Counted from the first letter of the stretch, positions 19,092 to 31,640 are shown. The stretch is DNA of 64,000 bases from Dehalococcoidia bacterium (GCA_034435615.1 DAOTWZ010000042.1:1936-65935); one strand, 5' to 3'. The notes: generated by a model from the sequence alone, not told the origin. Program-made: numbers and translations.

Positions 19092-20184
19092 GGGTGGGAA
19101 GGTCATAGCCCACGCGGGGCAGGGCCTGGGCGAGGGCGTCCAGGACGCCCTGGATGTCCTCCTCCCGGGCATAGCCCATGTGGCCGATGCGAAAGATCTT
19201 GCCGGAGAGCTTCCCCTGACCGCCCGCCACCACCACGCCGTACTCGTCCTCCAGGAGGCGGCGCAGCGCCCGCACCTCTACCCCTTCCGGCACCTTGACG
19301 GCGGTGACGGTGTTGGAGGCGTAGCGCTCGTCGGCCGCCAGAAGCTCCAGCCCCAGCGCTTTCACCCCCTGGCGGGCCATCTCTCCCAGGCGGGCATGGC
19401 GGGCGTATATGGCCTCCAGCCCCTCTTCCCGCAGGAGACGCAGGGCCTCCCGCAGGGCGAACAGGACGGAGACGGCCGGCGTCCAGGGGGTCTGGCCCTT
19501 CTCCAGCATCTCCTTATGGCGCCCCAGGTCGAAGTAGAAGCGGGGCATGCGGGCCTCCCGGTAGGCCTGCCAGGCGCGCTCGCTCACGGCCAGGAAGGCG
19601 AGGCCCGGGGGCGTCATCCAGCCCTTCTGGGAGCCGCTCACCACCACGTCCAGGCCCCAGTCGTCGGTGCGGATGGGGAGGGAGCTGACGCTGCTGACGC
19701 CGTCCACCAGGAGGAGGCGCTCCTGCTCCCGCACCACGCGGGCCAGCTCCTCCAACGGATTGGTGACGCCGGTGGAGGTCTCGTTATGGGTGAGGAGGAC
19801 GGCCTTGATGGAGGGATCAGCGGCCAGGGCACGGCGGAGGTCGTCCGGGTCAGCAGCCTGGCCCCACTCGTACTCTAGGCGGACCACGTCGGCCCCGTAG
19901 GTGCGGGCTATGCTGGCGAAGCGGTCGCCGAAGGCGCCGATGCTTACGGCCAGCACCCTGTCGCCGGGCGAGAGGGTGTTGACGATGGCAGCCTCCATCC
20001 CTCCGGTGCCGGAGCAGGTGAGGACGAGGACATCGCCCCTGGTCTGGAAGAAAGGCTTGAGCCCCTCCACCACCTCCTGGGCCAGCTCGGCGAACTGACG
20101 GCCGCGGTGGTCGATCATGGGCTGGGCGGAGGCCGCCAGCACCTGCGGGGGGCAGGGGGTAGGGCCGGGGATACGAAGGTTCAC
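19084..20184 (-). CDS. Class V PLP aminotransferase (SerC-like / alanine-glyoxylate type)
   Basis: IPGPT, SGTGGMEAA, THNETSTG, SGSQKGWMTPPG, FRIGHMG; overlaps serA. Confidence 0.9.
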   Translation of the reverse strand: MNLRIPGPTPCPPQVLAASAQPMIDHRGRQFAELAQEVVEGLKPFFQTRGDVLVLTCSGTGGMEAAIVNTLSPGDRVLAVSIGAFGDRFASIARTYGADVVRLEYEWGQAADPDDLRRALAADPSIKAVLLTHNETSTGVTNPLEELARVVREQERLLLVDGVSSVSSLPIRTDDWGLDVVVSGSQKGWMTPPGLAFLAVSERAWQAYREARMPRFYFDLGRHKEMLEKGQTPWTPAVSVLFALREALRLLREEGLEAIYARHARLGEMARQGVKALGLELLAADERYASNTVTAVKVPEGVEVRALRRLLEDEYGVVVAGGQGKLSGKIFRIGHMGYAREEDIQGVLDALAQALPRVGYDLPTHA

Positions 20185-20217
20185 CGGACGTCCTCCTAGT
20201 GATGGGGCTCACATGCT

Positions 20218-20270
20218 ATGGTAGGGCGTCGTCCTCGGGGGGTCAAGGCAGGGGGCGGCGGTGCTACAAT
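20218..20270. promoter_or_regulatory. Back-to-back promoters for the serC-serA and selA operons
   Basis: Minus strand: TTGACC (20246-41), 17 bp, TACCAT (20223-18). Plus strand: extended -10 TGCTACAAT (20262-70). Confidence 0.6.
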
Positions 20271-20286
20271 ACCTTCGGCCCTGGCT

Positions 20287-21669
20287 ATGACCGCGGACAG
20301 GCCCTTCCGCAGCTTGCCCTCGGTGGACCGGCTCCTGGGGGACCAGCGCCTCCGCCCGCTGGCCGATGGCGCCTCCCTCCTGCGGGAGCTGGTCCGGGAA
20401 GTGCTGGCCGAGGCGCGGGCGGCCATAGCTCGCGGTGGGGCGCCCCCCAGCTACGAGCAACTGGTGGAGGCGGTGCTCCACCGCGCCGGAGCGCTGCTGC
20501 GGCCCTCCCTGCGGCCCGTCATCAACGCCGCCGGCGTCATCGTTCACACCAATCTGGGCCGGGCACCCCTCTCGCAGGAGGCCATCGCCGCCATGGAAAC
20601 GGTCTGCCGCGGCTACTCCAACCTGGAGTTCGAGCTGGAGGCGGGGGAGAGGGGCTCCCGCCATGTCCATCTGGAGGGGCTCCTCTGCCGCCTGACAGGG
20701 GCGGAGGCGGCCCTGGCCGTCAACAACAACGCCTCGGCGGTGCTGCTGACGCTGACAGCCCTGGCCCAGGGGCGGGAGGTGGTGGTATCACGAGGGCAGG
20801 CAGTGGAGATCGGCGGCGGCTTCCGCATACCCGACATCCTGCGCCAGTCCGGGGCGCGCCTGGTGGAGGTGGGCACCACCAACCGCACCTACCGTGAGGA
20901 CTACGAGGCTGCCATCGGGCCCGATACGGCGGCCATCCTGCGGGTGCATACCAGCAACTTCCGCATCGTCGGCTTCACATACTCGCCCTCCCTGGCGGAG
21001 CTGGCCGGGCTGGCCCACGAGCGGGGTCTTCTGCTCATCGACGACCTGGGCTCGGGCTGTCTGCTGGACACCACTCGCTTCGGTCTGGCCTACGAGCCGC
21101 GGCCCCAGGACTCGCTGCGGGACGGGGCCGACATCGTCTGCTTCTCGGGCGACAAGCTTCTGGGGGGGCCGCAGGCGGGGATCGTTCTGGGGCGGCGCCA
21201 CCTGATCGAGCGGCTGCGGCGTCATCCTCTGGCCAGGGCGGTCAGGCTGGACAAGGCCAGCATCGCCGGGCTGCAGGCCACCCTCCTGCACTATCTGCGG
21301 GGCGAGGCGCTGGAGAAGGTGCCCGTCTGGCGCATGATAGCCGCGCCCCTCCAGGAGGTGGAGCGACGGGCGCGGCGGTGGGCCCGGGCCATCGGCCCGC
21401 CGGCGCGGGTGGTGGCCGGACGCTCCATGGTGGGCGGTGGGAGCCTACCCGAGGAGGGACTGCCGACGCGCCTCCTGGCCCTCCCCGGGCCGGGGGCGTG
21501 GGTCACGGAGCTGGCCCGGCGGCTGCGGCTGGGCCAGCCGGCGGTGGTGGGACGCATCGAGGCCGACGCCCTGCTCCTGGACCCGCGCACCGTCCTGCCT
21601 GAGGAAGAGCGGGAGCTTCTGCGGGCGTTGCGGGCGGCCCTGCAGGGGCTGGGGCAGCCCCCCTACTGA
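20287..21669 (+). CDS. selA: L-seryl-tRNA(Sec) selenium transferase
   Basis: VINAAGVIVHTNLGRAPL, VNNNASAVLL, SRGQAVEIGGGFRIPDI, EVGTTNRT, FSGDKLLGGPQAG. Confidence 0.95.
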   Translation: MTADRPFRSLPSVDRLLGDQRLRPLADGASLLRELVREVLAEARAAIARGGAPPSYEQLVEAVLHRAGALLRPSLRPVINAAGVIVHTNLGRAPLSQEAIAAMETVCRGYSNLEFELEAGERGSRHVHLEGLLCRLTGAEAALAVNNNASAVLLTLTALAQGREVVVSRGQAVEIGGGFRIPDILRQSGARLVEVGTTNRTYREDYEAAIGPDTAAILRVHTSNFRIVGFTYSPSLAELAGLAHERGLLLIDDLGSGCLLDTTRFGLAYEPRPQDSLRDGADIVCFSGDKLLGGPQAGIVLGRRHLIERLRRHPLARAVRLDKASIAGLQATLLHYLRGEALEKVPVWRMIAAPLQEVERRARRWARAIGPPARVVAGRSMVGGGSLPEEGLPTRLLALPGPGAWVTELARRLRLGQPAVVGRIEADALLLDPRTVLPEEERELLRALRAALQGLGQPPY

Positions 21670-21755
21670 CGGGCCGGGCGTCCGGCGAGAGGGGCGGGAT
21701 GGAGCGCTTTATAGAACTGGACAGCGCCCGACTATAATATTGCTCAGAGCTGGGC

Positions 21756-23126
21756 ATGACTGTCATCCGCTACGGCTGTGTATCGCCGCATCCGCCCATC
21801 ATCGTGCCGGAGGTAGGCCGCGGCCGGGAGCGGGAGGTCCAGCGAACGCTGGACGCTCTCGCCCAGGTGGCACGAGAGATGGCCGGGCACCGGCCGCAGG
21901 TGGCGGCGCTGGTGGCCTGTCACGGGCCCCTCCAGTACGATAGCTTCGTCCTGCTGGAGGCGGCCTGGGCGGAGGGCGACTTCGCCCAGTGGGGGGCACC
22001 CCAGGTGCAGCTCCGCTTCCCGGTGGACGAGGAGGCGGTGGCCGCCGTCCGGGAGGAGGCGGGGCGAGCGGGGCTGCCCGTGCGACCGGTCAGGCGCTGG
22101 GACCTGGACTGGTCCTGCACGGTGCCCCTCTACTACCTGCGTCCCGGCCTGGAAGGGGCGCGGCTGGTGGTGCTGAACGTCTCCTTCCTCCCGCCACGGG
22201 AGCATTTCGCTCTGGGGCAGGCGGTGCGGCGGGCACTGGAGAGGCTGGGACGACCGGCCGTCATCATCGCCAGCGCCGACCTCTCCCACCGGCTGTCCCC
22301 CGAGGGTCCCTACGGATTCGATCCCGCCGGGCCGGAGCTGGACCAGCGGCTGGAGGAGGCGGTCTCCCGCTGGGACGTGGAGGCGGTGCTCTCCATGCCC
22401 CTGGAGTTCCGCGAGCGAGCGGGAGACGATGCCGTCCCCTCCCTGAGCTTCCTGATGGGAGCGCTGGACGGCCTGCGGGTGCGGCCCCGCGTCCTCTCCC
22501 ACGAGGGCCCCTGGGGGGTGGGCTACATGGTGGTGGCTGTGGACGTCCTGGGCGAGGCGGAGGCGCCGGAGGCGCAGGCCGCCACGGCCAGAGCGAAGGG
22601 AGAGGAGACGCCCCATCCCCTGGTCAAGCTCGCCCGCCAGGCGGTGGAAGGCTGGGTGCTCCGGGGCGAGGTGGTCCGGCCGGAGCTGCCGCCGGGGGCG
22701 CTGGAGGGGCTGCCTCAGCGAGCAGGGGTCTTCGTCTGCATCAAGACGCGGGACGGCCTGCTGCGGGGCTGCATCGGCTCCATCCAGCCGACACAGCCCA
22801 CCCTGGCGGAGGAGGTGGTCTTCTACGCCATCCAGAGCGCCAGCCGGGACCCCCGCTTCCCGCCCGTCTCGGCCGAGGAGCTGCCTGACCTGGTCTACTC
22901 GGTGGACGTGCTCTCGCCTCCGGAGCGGGTGAGGGGGCTGGAGGAGCTGGACCCCAGGCGCTACGGAGTGATAGTGGCCAACGGGTACCGCCGGGGCGTC
23001 CTGCTACCGGACCTGGAGGGCGTGGACACGGTGGAGCTGCAACTGGCCATCGCCAAGGCCAAGGCCGGCATCCCCCTGGAGGAGCCGGTGGAGATACAGC
23101 GCTTCCAAGTGATAAGGTTGACCTAG
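21756..23126 (+). CDS. AmmeMemoRadiSam protein: LigB/Memo-like N-domain fused to an AMMECR1 domain
   Basis: SPHPPII, ASADLSHRL, GVGY; GVFVCIK, LRGCIG, DPRFPPV, GVLLPDL. Confidence 0.88.
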   Translation: MTVIRYGCVSPHPPIIVPEVGRGREREVQRTLDALAQVAREMAGHRPQVAALVACHGPLQYDSFVLLEAAWAEGDFAQWGAPQVQLRFPVDEEAVAAVREEAGRAGLPVRPVRRWDLDWSCTVPLYYLRPGLEGARLVVLNVSFLPPREHFALGQAVRRALERLGRPAVIIASADLSHRLSPEGPYGFDPAGPELDQRLEEAVSRWDVEAVLSMPLEFRERAGDDAVPSLSFLMGALDGLRVRPRVLSHEGPWGVGYMVVAVDVLGEAEAPEAQAATARAKGEETPHPLVKLARQAVEGWVLRGEVVRPELPPGALEGLPQRAGVFVCIKTRDGLLRGCIGSIQPTQPTLAEEVVFYAIQSASRDPRFPPVSAEELPDLVYSVDVLSPPERVRGLEELDPRRYGVIVANGYRRGVLLPDLEGVDTVELQLAIAKAKAGIPLEEPVEIQRFQVIRLT

Positions 23127-23127
23127 C

Positions 23128-25499
<2,372 letters not shown>

Positions 25500-25503
<4 letters not shown>

Positions 25504-26432
25504 TCACCGTTCTGGCCGGTGGCACCGGCGCCGCCCGCTTCCTCCAGGGGCTGGTGCAGGTAGTCCCCCCGCGGGAGGTGACCATCGTCTCCAACGTGGG
25601 GGACGACGCCGAGATGTACGGCCTCCACGTCTCGCCGGACATCGACAACGTCGTCTACCACCTGGCGGGAATAGCCGACGAGCCCCAGGGCTGGGGTATC
25701 CGGGGCGACACCTTCCAGGTGGTAGACTCGCTGGCCCGCTTCGGCTACGAGACCTGGTTCCGCCTGGGCGACCGTGACCTGGCCACCTGCCTGCATCGCA
25801 CCCGACTGCTGCGGGAGGGACTGCCCCTGAGCCGCATCACCGCCCAGATAGCGGCGGCCTTCGGGCTGGAGTGCCAGATAATCCCCGTCACCGATGACCC
25901 GGTGCGCACCAAGCTCCAGACATCGGAGGGGCTGCTGGACTTCCAGGAGTACTTCGCCCGCTACCGGGCGGAGGTGCCACTGCAGGGTGTCCTCTACCAG
26001 GGAGCGGAGGCCTCCCGTCCGGCGCCCCGCGTGCTGGAGGCCATCGCCCGGGCGCGGGCCATCATCGTCGCCCCCTCCAACCCGGTGCTGAGCATCGGCC
26101 CCATTCTGGCGGTGCGGGGCATACGGCAGGCGCTACGGGACACGCCGGCGAAGGTGGCGGCAGTGAGTCCCATCGTGGGCGGCGGCACTCTCAAGGGCCC
26201 GGCCGACCGCGTCCTGCGGGAGCTGGGGCACGAGGTGAGCCCGGTGGGAGTGGCCCGCCTCTACGCCGACTTCCTGGACGTCATGGTGCTGGACGAGCGG
26301 GACGCCGGGCTGCGTCCCCAGGTGGAGGCCCTGGGGCTGGAAGCGGTGGTGACGGACACCATTATGTCCAGCCCGGAGCGAAAGGCAGCCCTGGCCCGCC
26401 GCGTCCTAGAGGCGCTGGGGGTGAGCTCGTGA
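25500..26432 (+). CDS. cofD: 2-phospho-L-lactate/PEP transferase (F420 biosynthesis)
   Basis: LAGGTGAARF, NVGDD, SPDID, LGDRD, FQEYF, PSNPVLSI. Confidence 0.93.
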
Positions 26433-27094
26433 TCGCCGCCCTCGTCCCCGTGAAGGGGCTGGCCGAGGCGAAGGGTCGGCTGGCGGCTGTCCTCTCGGCG
26501 GAGGAGCGACGGCGCCTCACCCTGGCCATGCTGGCCGATGTCCTGACGGCGCTCCTGGGGGCGGCCTCCATTGCCTGTGTGGCGGTGGTCAGCCCAGACC
26601 CGGCCGTGCTGGCAGAGGCGGCCCGCCTGGGGGCCCTGGGCGTCCAGGAGCCGCCGGGGACGCGAGGGATGAATGCCGCCCTGGCCCACGGCTCGTCCTT
26701 GCTGGTCAGGGAGGGGGCGGAGGCGCTGCTGGTGGTGCCGGCCGACCTGCCCGCCCTCACGGTGGCCGCGGTGGAGGAGGCAGTGCGGGCCCTGCCCTCG
26801 CCTCGGGGGGTGGTCATCGTCCCCTCGCTGGCCGGGGGCACCAGCCTGCTGGCCATGCGGCCGCCCGGGGCGATACCCTTCCGCTTCGGCCCCCGTAGCT
26901 TCACCGCCCACAAACGGGAGGCGGCGGCCCGCGGCCTGCCCCTGAGGGTGCTGCGCCTGGAGCCCCTGGCCATGGACATCGATGGCCCGGGGGAGTTGCT
27001 CCGCCTGGCCCATCACGAGGGAGCGGAGCGGACGCGTGGCCTCCTGCGAGAGCTGGACCTGGTGGGCCGCCTGGGCCAGAGGGAGGAGACATGA
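26429..27094 (+). CDS. cofC: 2-phospho-L-lactate/PEP guanylyltransferase (F420 biosynthesis)
   Basis: VPVKGLAEAKGRL, MLADVL, PADLP, GGT, FRFGPRSF, DIDGP. Confidence 0.92.
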   Translation: MIAALVPVKGLAEAKGRLAAVLSAEERRRLTLAMLADVLTALLGAASIACVAVVSPDPAVLAEAARLGALGVQEPPGTRGMNAALAHGSSLLVREGAEALLVVPADLPALTVAAVEEAVRALPSPRGVVIVPSLAGGTSLLAMRPPGAIPFRFGPRSFTAHKREAAARGLPLRVLRLEPLAMDIDGPGELLRLAHHEGAERTRGLLRELDLVGRLGQREET

Positions 27095-27705
27095 TGCCGG
27101 AGGCGGGCCTCCTGGAGACGCTGCGGGGCCGCCGCTCCGTGCGGCGCTTCGACGGGCGTCCCGTCCCGCGGGAGGCCATTGAAGAGCTGGTGGCGGTAGC
27201 CTGCCTCGCCCCGGCGCCCCATCACAGCCGGCCCTGGCGCTTCCTCCTGGTCTCGCCTCCGACGCGGGCCCGCCTGGCGGAGGCGATGACGACGGCCTGG
27301 CGCCGCGACCTGGAGGCCGATGGAGCGCCGCCGGAGGAACGGGAGCGCCTCCTGACGGAGGCCCGCCGGCGCCTGGCGTCCGCTCCTGCCCTCCTGCTGG
27401 CCTGCCTCGATCTCTCGGCCGCCCGCCCCTGGCCGGACGAGCGCCGGCGGCGGGCGGAGCGGGACATGTTCGTCCAGAGCCTGGGGGCAGCCCTCCAGAA
27501 CCTGATGCTGCTGGCCCACGCCCGAGGGCTGGCCTCCTGCCTGATGGGGGCGCCCCTCTTCTGCCAGGAGGCGATACGCCAGGCCCTCACCCTACCCGGG
27601 GACTGGGAGCCCCTCTTCCTGGTGGAGCTGGGCTACCCGGACCCCTCCTACCGGCCCCGCCCGCGGCCGGAGCCCCGGCCGGGCGAGTTCCTCCAGGAGG
27701 CCTGA
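27091..27705 (+). CDS. Stand-alone nitroreductase resembling the FbiB C-terminal domain (candidate dehydro-F420-0 reductase)
   Basis: RRSVRRF, APAPHHSRPWRF, LASAP, GAALQNLML, LFCQE; coupled to cofC. Confidence 0.8.
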   Translation: MMPEAGLLETLRGRRSVRRFDGRPVPREAIEELVAVACLAPAPHHSRPWRFLLVSPPTRARLAEAMTTAWRRDLEADGAPPEERERLLTEARRRLASAPALLLACLDLSAARPWPDERRRRAERDMFVQSLGAALQNLMLLAHARGLASCLMGAPLFCQEAIRQALTLPGDWEPLFLVELGYPDPSYRPRPRPEPRPGEFLQEA

Positions 27706-27754
27706 CGAGCTAGAGGAACGTCTCTCTCCCGGGAACCCCAAGAGGAGGTGAAGG

Positions 27755-28384
27755 ATGGACGTCTTCGAGGCCATGAGCACCATGCGGGCCATACGGCGCT
27801 TCAAGCCGGACCCGGTGCCGGAGGAGCTGCTGTGGCGCGTCCTGGAGGCGGCCACCAAGGCCCCCAGCGGCGGTAACCGCCAGCCCTGGCGCTTCCTCGT
27901 CGTCCGGGACGCCGAGACGAAGCGACGCCTGGCCGAGATCTACCGGGACGGCTGGCAGCGGGTCTACGGCGGCCTGCGGGAGCAGGTGATGGCCAACCCG
28001 GACTCGGCCCGCATCTACCGGGCAGCCGATTACCTGGCCAATCACCTGGAGGAGGTGCCGGTGCTCATCCTGGCCGTCCTCCGCACCGCCGACTGGCCGG
28101 CCCCGGCCTCGCCCTACGGCTCCTACATCTACCCGGCGGTCCAGAACCTGATGCTAGCCGCCCGCGCCCTGGGCCTGGGCACCGTCCTCACCACCGTCTA
28201 CCGCATGCGGGAGCCAGAGGTGCGGGAGCTGCTGGGCATCCCCGATGGCTGGGAGACCATGGGGCTCATCCCCCTGGGCTGGCCGGACGAGCGCTACGCG
28301 GCGGGGCGCTTCGGCCCGCTACGGCGGCAGCCGGTGGAGGAGGTGACCTACTGGGAGCGGTGGGGGGAGACCCGCTCCCGATAG
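27755..28384 (+). CDS. Nitroreductase family protein
   Basis: RAIRRFKPDPVP, APSGGNRQPWRF, PAVQNLMLAARALGLG. Confidence 0.9.
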   Translation: MDVFEAMSTMRAIRRFKPDPVPEELLWRVLEAATKAPSGGNRQPWRFLVVRDAETKRRLAEIYRDGWQRVYGGLREQVMANPDSARIYRAADYLANHLEEVPVLILAVLRTADWPAPASPYGSYIYPAVQNLMLAARALGLGTVLTTVYRMREPEVRELLGIPDGWETMGLIPLGWPDERYAAGRFGPLRRQPVEEVTYWERWGETRSR

Positions 28385-28397
28385 GCCAGGAGCGGCC

Positions 28398-29258
28398 GTG
28401 CCCTACGTCTACACCAACGATATCGTCACCTTCTACGAGGACGCCCGCCCCCGGGGGCGGGTGGATGTCCCCACGGTGGTGCTGGTCCACGGCGCCAGCG
28501 TGGACCTGCGCCTCTGGGACCTGCAACTGCCCGCCCTCTTGGAGGCCGGATTCCGCGTCGTCCGTTACGATGTGCGGGGCCACGGTCGCTCTCTGGTGCC
28601 GCCCGGGGGCTACGACTGGCCCACCTACGCCGCCGACCTGGCCGACCTGCTGGACCGCCTCAATGTGGACCGTCCCATCACCGAGAGCCTGGCCGTGGAG
28701 GCCGTCCACCTGGTGGGGCTCTCCATGGGGGGCGGCATCGCCCTGCAGTATGCCCTGACGCACCCGGAGCGGGTGCGCTCCCTGGTGTTGGTGGACTCGG
28801 CCCTGCCGGGCTTCGGCTACTCGGAGGAGTTCAGCCAACAGGTGCAGGAGCTGGTGGCGGTGGCCCGCCGGGAGGGGCCGCGGGCGGCCCTGGAGCGGGT
28901 GTGGCTCTCGCACCCCATCTTCGACGGCATCCGCCGCTTCCCGGAGCGCTTCGCCAGGCTGCGAGAGATGGTGCTGGCCCACGCCGGGGCGGACCTGCTG
29001 GTGGAGCCAGCCGCCCCGGAGGGGCCGCAGGTGGTGGACCGTCTGGGGGAGATAGGGGCCCCCGCCCTGGTGGTGGTGGGAGAGCTGGATCTGCCGGACT
29101 TTCAGCTCATCGCCCAGGTGCTGGCAGCCAACCTGCCCCGTGCCCGCCTCCTGGTGATGACGGACTGCGGCCACGTGCCGCCCCTGGAACGGCCGGAGGA
29201 GTTCAACCGCGCCCTGGTGGAGTTCCTGCAGGAGGTGGAGACGGCCGCCCCTGGCTAA
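28398..29258 (+). CDS. Alpha/beta hydrolase
   Basis: VLVHG, YDVRGHG, GLSMGG nucleophile elbow, GELD, CGH. Confidence 0.9.
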   Translation: MPYVYTNDIVTFYEDARPRGRVDVPTVVLVHGASVDLRLWDLQLPALLEAGFRVVRYDVRGHGRSLVPPGGYDWPTYAADLADLLDRLNVDRPITESLAVEAVHLVGLSMGGGIALQYALTHPERVRSLVLVDSALPGFGYSEEFSQQVQELVAVARREGPRAALERVWLSHPIFDGIRRFPERFARLREMVLAHAGADLLVEPAAPEGPQVVDRLGEIGAPALVVVGELDLPDFQLIAQVLAANLPRARLLVMTDCGHVPPLERPEEFNRALVEFLQEVETAAPG

Positions 29259-29326
29259 GCCCCGCTTTTCTGGGCGATAATGACGGCGCGATGCCGGGAC
29301 GGGGGGCACGACGCCGCGATGAGGAC

Positions 29327-30670
29327 ATGTTCCGTCGGGCGGGGGCGGAGCGAGCGGCCCGCGAGGCGCCCCTGGCCGCCCGTATGCGTCCCCGCACCCT
29401 GGACGAGTTCGTGGGGCAGGAGCACCTGCTGGGGCCGGGCCGGGCGCTGCGGCGGGCCATCGAGGCGGACCAGGTGCCGTCCATGGTGCTGTGGGGGCCG
29501 CCAGGCTGCGGCAAGACCACCCTGGCCAGGCTCATCGCCGGGCTGACCCGCTCCCACTTCGAGCCCATCTCCGCCGTGGCCGCCGGCGTGGCCGACCTGC
29601 GCCGCATCGTGGAGGAGGCGCAGGAGCGACGCGCCCTCTACGGCCAGCGCACCATCCTCTTCATCGACGAGATCCACCGCTTCAACAAGGCGCAGCAGGA
29701 CGTCGTCCTGCCTTATGTCGAGGAAGGGATCGTGACCCTCATCGGCGCCACCACCGAGAACCCCTCTTTCGAGGTGGTGGCGCCGCTCCTCTCCCGCTGC
29801 CGCGTCTATGTGCTGGAGCCGCTGACGCCCGAGCAGGTGGAGGTCATCGTCCGGCGGGCCCTGCAGGACGAGGAACGAGGCCTGGGGGCGCTTAAGGTGG
29901 AGCTGACAGAGGAGGCGCTGTCCTTCCTCTGCCGGGCAGCGGCGGGGGACGCTCGAGTGGCCCTGAACGCCCTAGAGCTGGCGGCCGCTACCGTCCCGCC
30001 GGACGCCCAGGGGCGGCGCCTCCTCACCCGGGAGGCCATCGCCGAGGCGCTGCAACGGCCCGCCCCCCGCTACGACAAGGCGGGCGACCTCCACTACGAC
30101 ACCATCTCCGCCTTCATCAAGTCCGTCCGCGGCTCCGACCCGGACGCCGCCCTCTACTGGCTGGCCCGCATGCTGGAGGCGGGTGAAGACCCCCTCTTCA
30201 TCTGCCGCCGTCTGGTGATCCTGGCGGCGGAGGACATCGGTCTGGCCGACCCCCAGGCCCTGGTGCTGGCGGTGGCCTGCCAGCAGGCCGTCCACTTCAT
30301 CGGCATGCCGGAGGGGTACCTGCCCCTGGCGGAGACGACCATCTACCTGGCGACCGCCCCCAAGAGCAACTCCGCCCTGGAGGCCTACGGCCGGGCGGCC
30401 GCCGACGCCCGCGCCACCCAGGGGGAGCCGGTGCCCCTCTTCCTGCGCAACCCGGAGACGCGGCTCATGGAGTCGCTGGGCTACGGCAAGGGCTACAGGT
30501 ACGACCACGCCTACCCCGACCACTACGCCGGTCAGGAGCACCTGCCGGAGCGGCTGCGGGGGCGCCGCTACTATCAGCCCGGCTCCCTGGGTTACGAGTC
30601 CAGGATCAGGGAGTGGCTGGAGCACCTGCATCGCCGCCCGCGGCCAGAGGGCGAAGGCCCGGCCGGGTAG
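29327..30670 (+). CDS. rarA: Replication-associated recombination protein A (MgsA)
   Basis: PLAARMRP, GPPGCGKTT, IDEIHRFNKAQQD, ATTENP, SAFIKSVRGSD, YAGQEHLP. Confidence 0.95.
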   Translation: MFRRAGAERAAREAPLAARMRPRTLDEFVGQEHLLGPGRALRRAIEADQVPSMVLWGPPGCGKTTLARLIAGLTRSHFEPISAVAAGVADLRRIVEEAQERRALYGQRTILFIDEIHRFNKAQQDVVLPYVEEGIVTLIGATTENPSFEVVAPLLSRCRVYVLEPLTPEQVEVIVRRALQDEERGLGALKVELTEEALSFLCRAAAGDARVALNALELAAATVPPDAQGRRLLTREAIAEALQRPAPRYDKAGDLHYDTISAFIKSVRGSDPDAALYWLARMLEAGEDPLFICRRLVILAAEDIGLADPQALVLAVACQQAVHFIGMPEGYLPLAETTIYLATAPKSNSALEAYGRAAADARATQGEPVPLFLRNPETRLMESLGYGKGYRYDHAYPDHYAGQEHLPERLRGRRYYQPGSLGYESRIREWLEHLHRRPRPEGEGPAG

Positions 30671-30723
30671 GGCGCTTCCCGTAGCGGCGGGCGACGTCTA
30701 TCCTCTCTAGCGGAGGGCTAAAG

Positions 30724-31041
30724 ATGGCGGCGATGCCCACGCTGGTGCCCTGGCAGGGAGCGGACGCCCCCAGCGAGGCGGCGGTGGAGGAGGCCTTCCG
30801 CCGGGAGGGGCTGGCCCCCCGCTGGTGGGGCAACGCTCCCGGCTACGTCTACGGCGTCCACAGCCATCCCTATCACAAGGTCCTCTACTGTGTGCGGGGC
30901 TCCATCCGCTTCACGGTAGAGCCCGCCGGCCCCAGCTTCCACCTGCGCCCGGGCGACCGCCTGGAGCTGCCGGCGGGCACTCCCCATTCGGCCGTGGTGG
31001 GACCGGAGGGGGTGACCTGCGCGGAGGCGGCCAGAGGCTAG
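30724..31041 (+). CDS. Cupin-domain protein
   Basis: HSHPYHKVLYCVRGSIRF, LRPGDRLELPAGTPHSA. Confidence 0.85.
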   Translation: MAAMPTLVPWQGADAPSEAAVEEAFRREGLAPRWWGNAPGYVYGVHSHPYHKVLYCVRGSIRFTVEPAGPSFHLRPGDRLELPAGTPHSAVVGPEGVTCAEAARG

Positions 31042-31044
31042 GGG

Positions 31045-31404
31045 ATGCGCCTGTCCGATCCCGGAGCGGTGGAGGCCATAGGGGAACTGCTGGGGGCCAC
31101 CGTGCGGCAGGCCCCCTTCGGCGTGCCGCGGCCCACCCCGGGCCGGCCTCCACGCTCGGAGGAGGGGCCGCGGGAGCCCGTCTACCAGCTGACCATGCCC
31201 AGCGAGGGAGGCGAGGGCACCCTCCTCATTACCCTCTGGCCCACCCTGGCGAGGGTGGACGTCCGCCTGGGCAACCACTACTGGGTCCTGCGAGACGTGG
31301 ACGTGGTGGACCTCTATCCGGGGGTGGAGGTGCTGTTCCGCCGCAACCAGCCGCCGGCCTATCTCTTCGTCTCGGTGAAGGGGCGGGTAGCCCTGGTGGC
31401 CTAG
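31045..31404 (+). CDS. Hypothetical protein
   Basis: 119 aa, packed 3 bp after the cupin gene. Confidence 0.6.
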   Translation: MRLSDPGAVEAIGELLGATVRQAPFGVPRPTPGRPPRSEEGPREPVYQLTMPSEGGEGTLLITLWPTLARVDVRLGNHYWVLRDVDVVDLYPGVEVLFRRNQPPAYLFVSVKGRVALVA

Positions 31405-31640
31405 AGGCGGACGCGGCGGCCGCAGGAGAGGCAGGTCCAGAGCTCGGCCTCTCGAGACGGCCAGCCCGGGGACTCGTCGCCGAAGAGGAGGACCTCCGGG
31501 GTGGCGATGGCCATCTCCAGCAGCCAGCGGAGCCGCCCCTTGGGCCGTCGCTCCACCTGCCAGCGCCGGCCACCACAGCGACGGCAGGTGGGGCCGCCCT
31601 CCCCCTCTACGAGCCGCTCCGGTGCCGCCCCCGTGGTCAT
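31401..31640 (-). CDS. Small zinc-ribbon-like protein
   Basis: CRRC...CLSC; ATGA overlap with the Nudix gene. Confidence 0.6.
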   Translation of the reverse strand: MTTGAAPERLVEGEGGPTCRRCGGRRWQVERRPKGRLRWLLEMAIATPEVLLFGDESPGWPSREAELWTCLSCGRRVRL

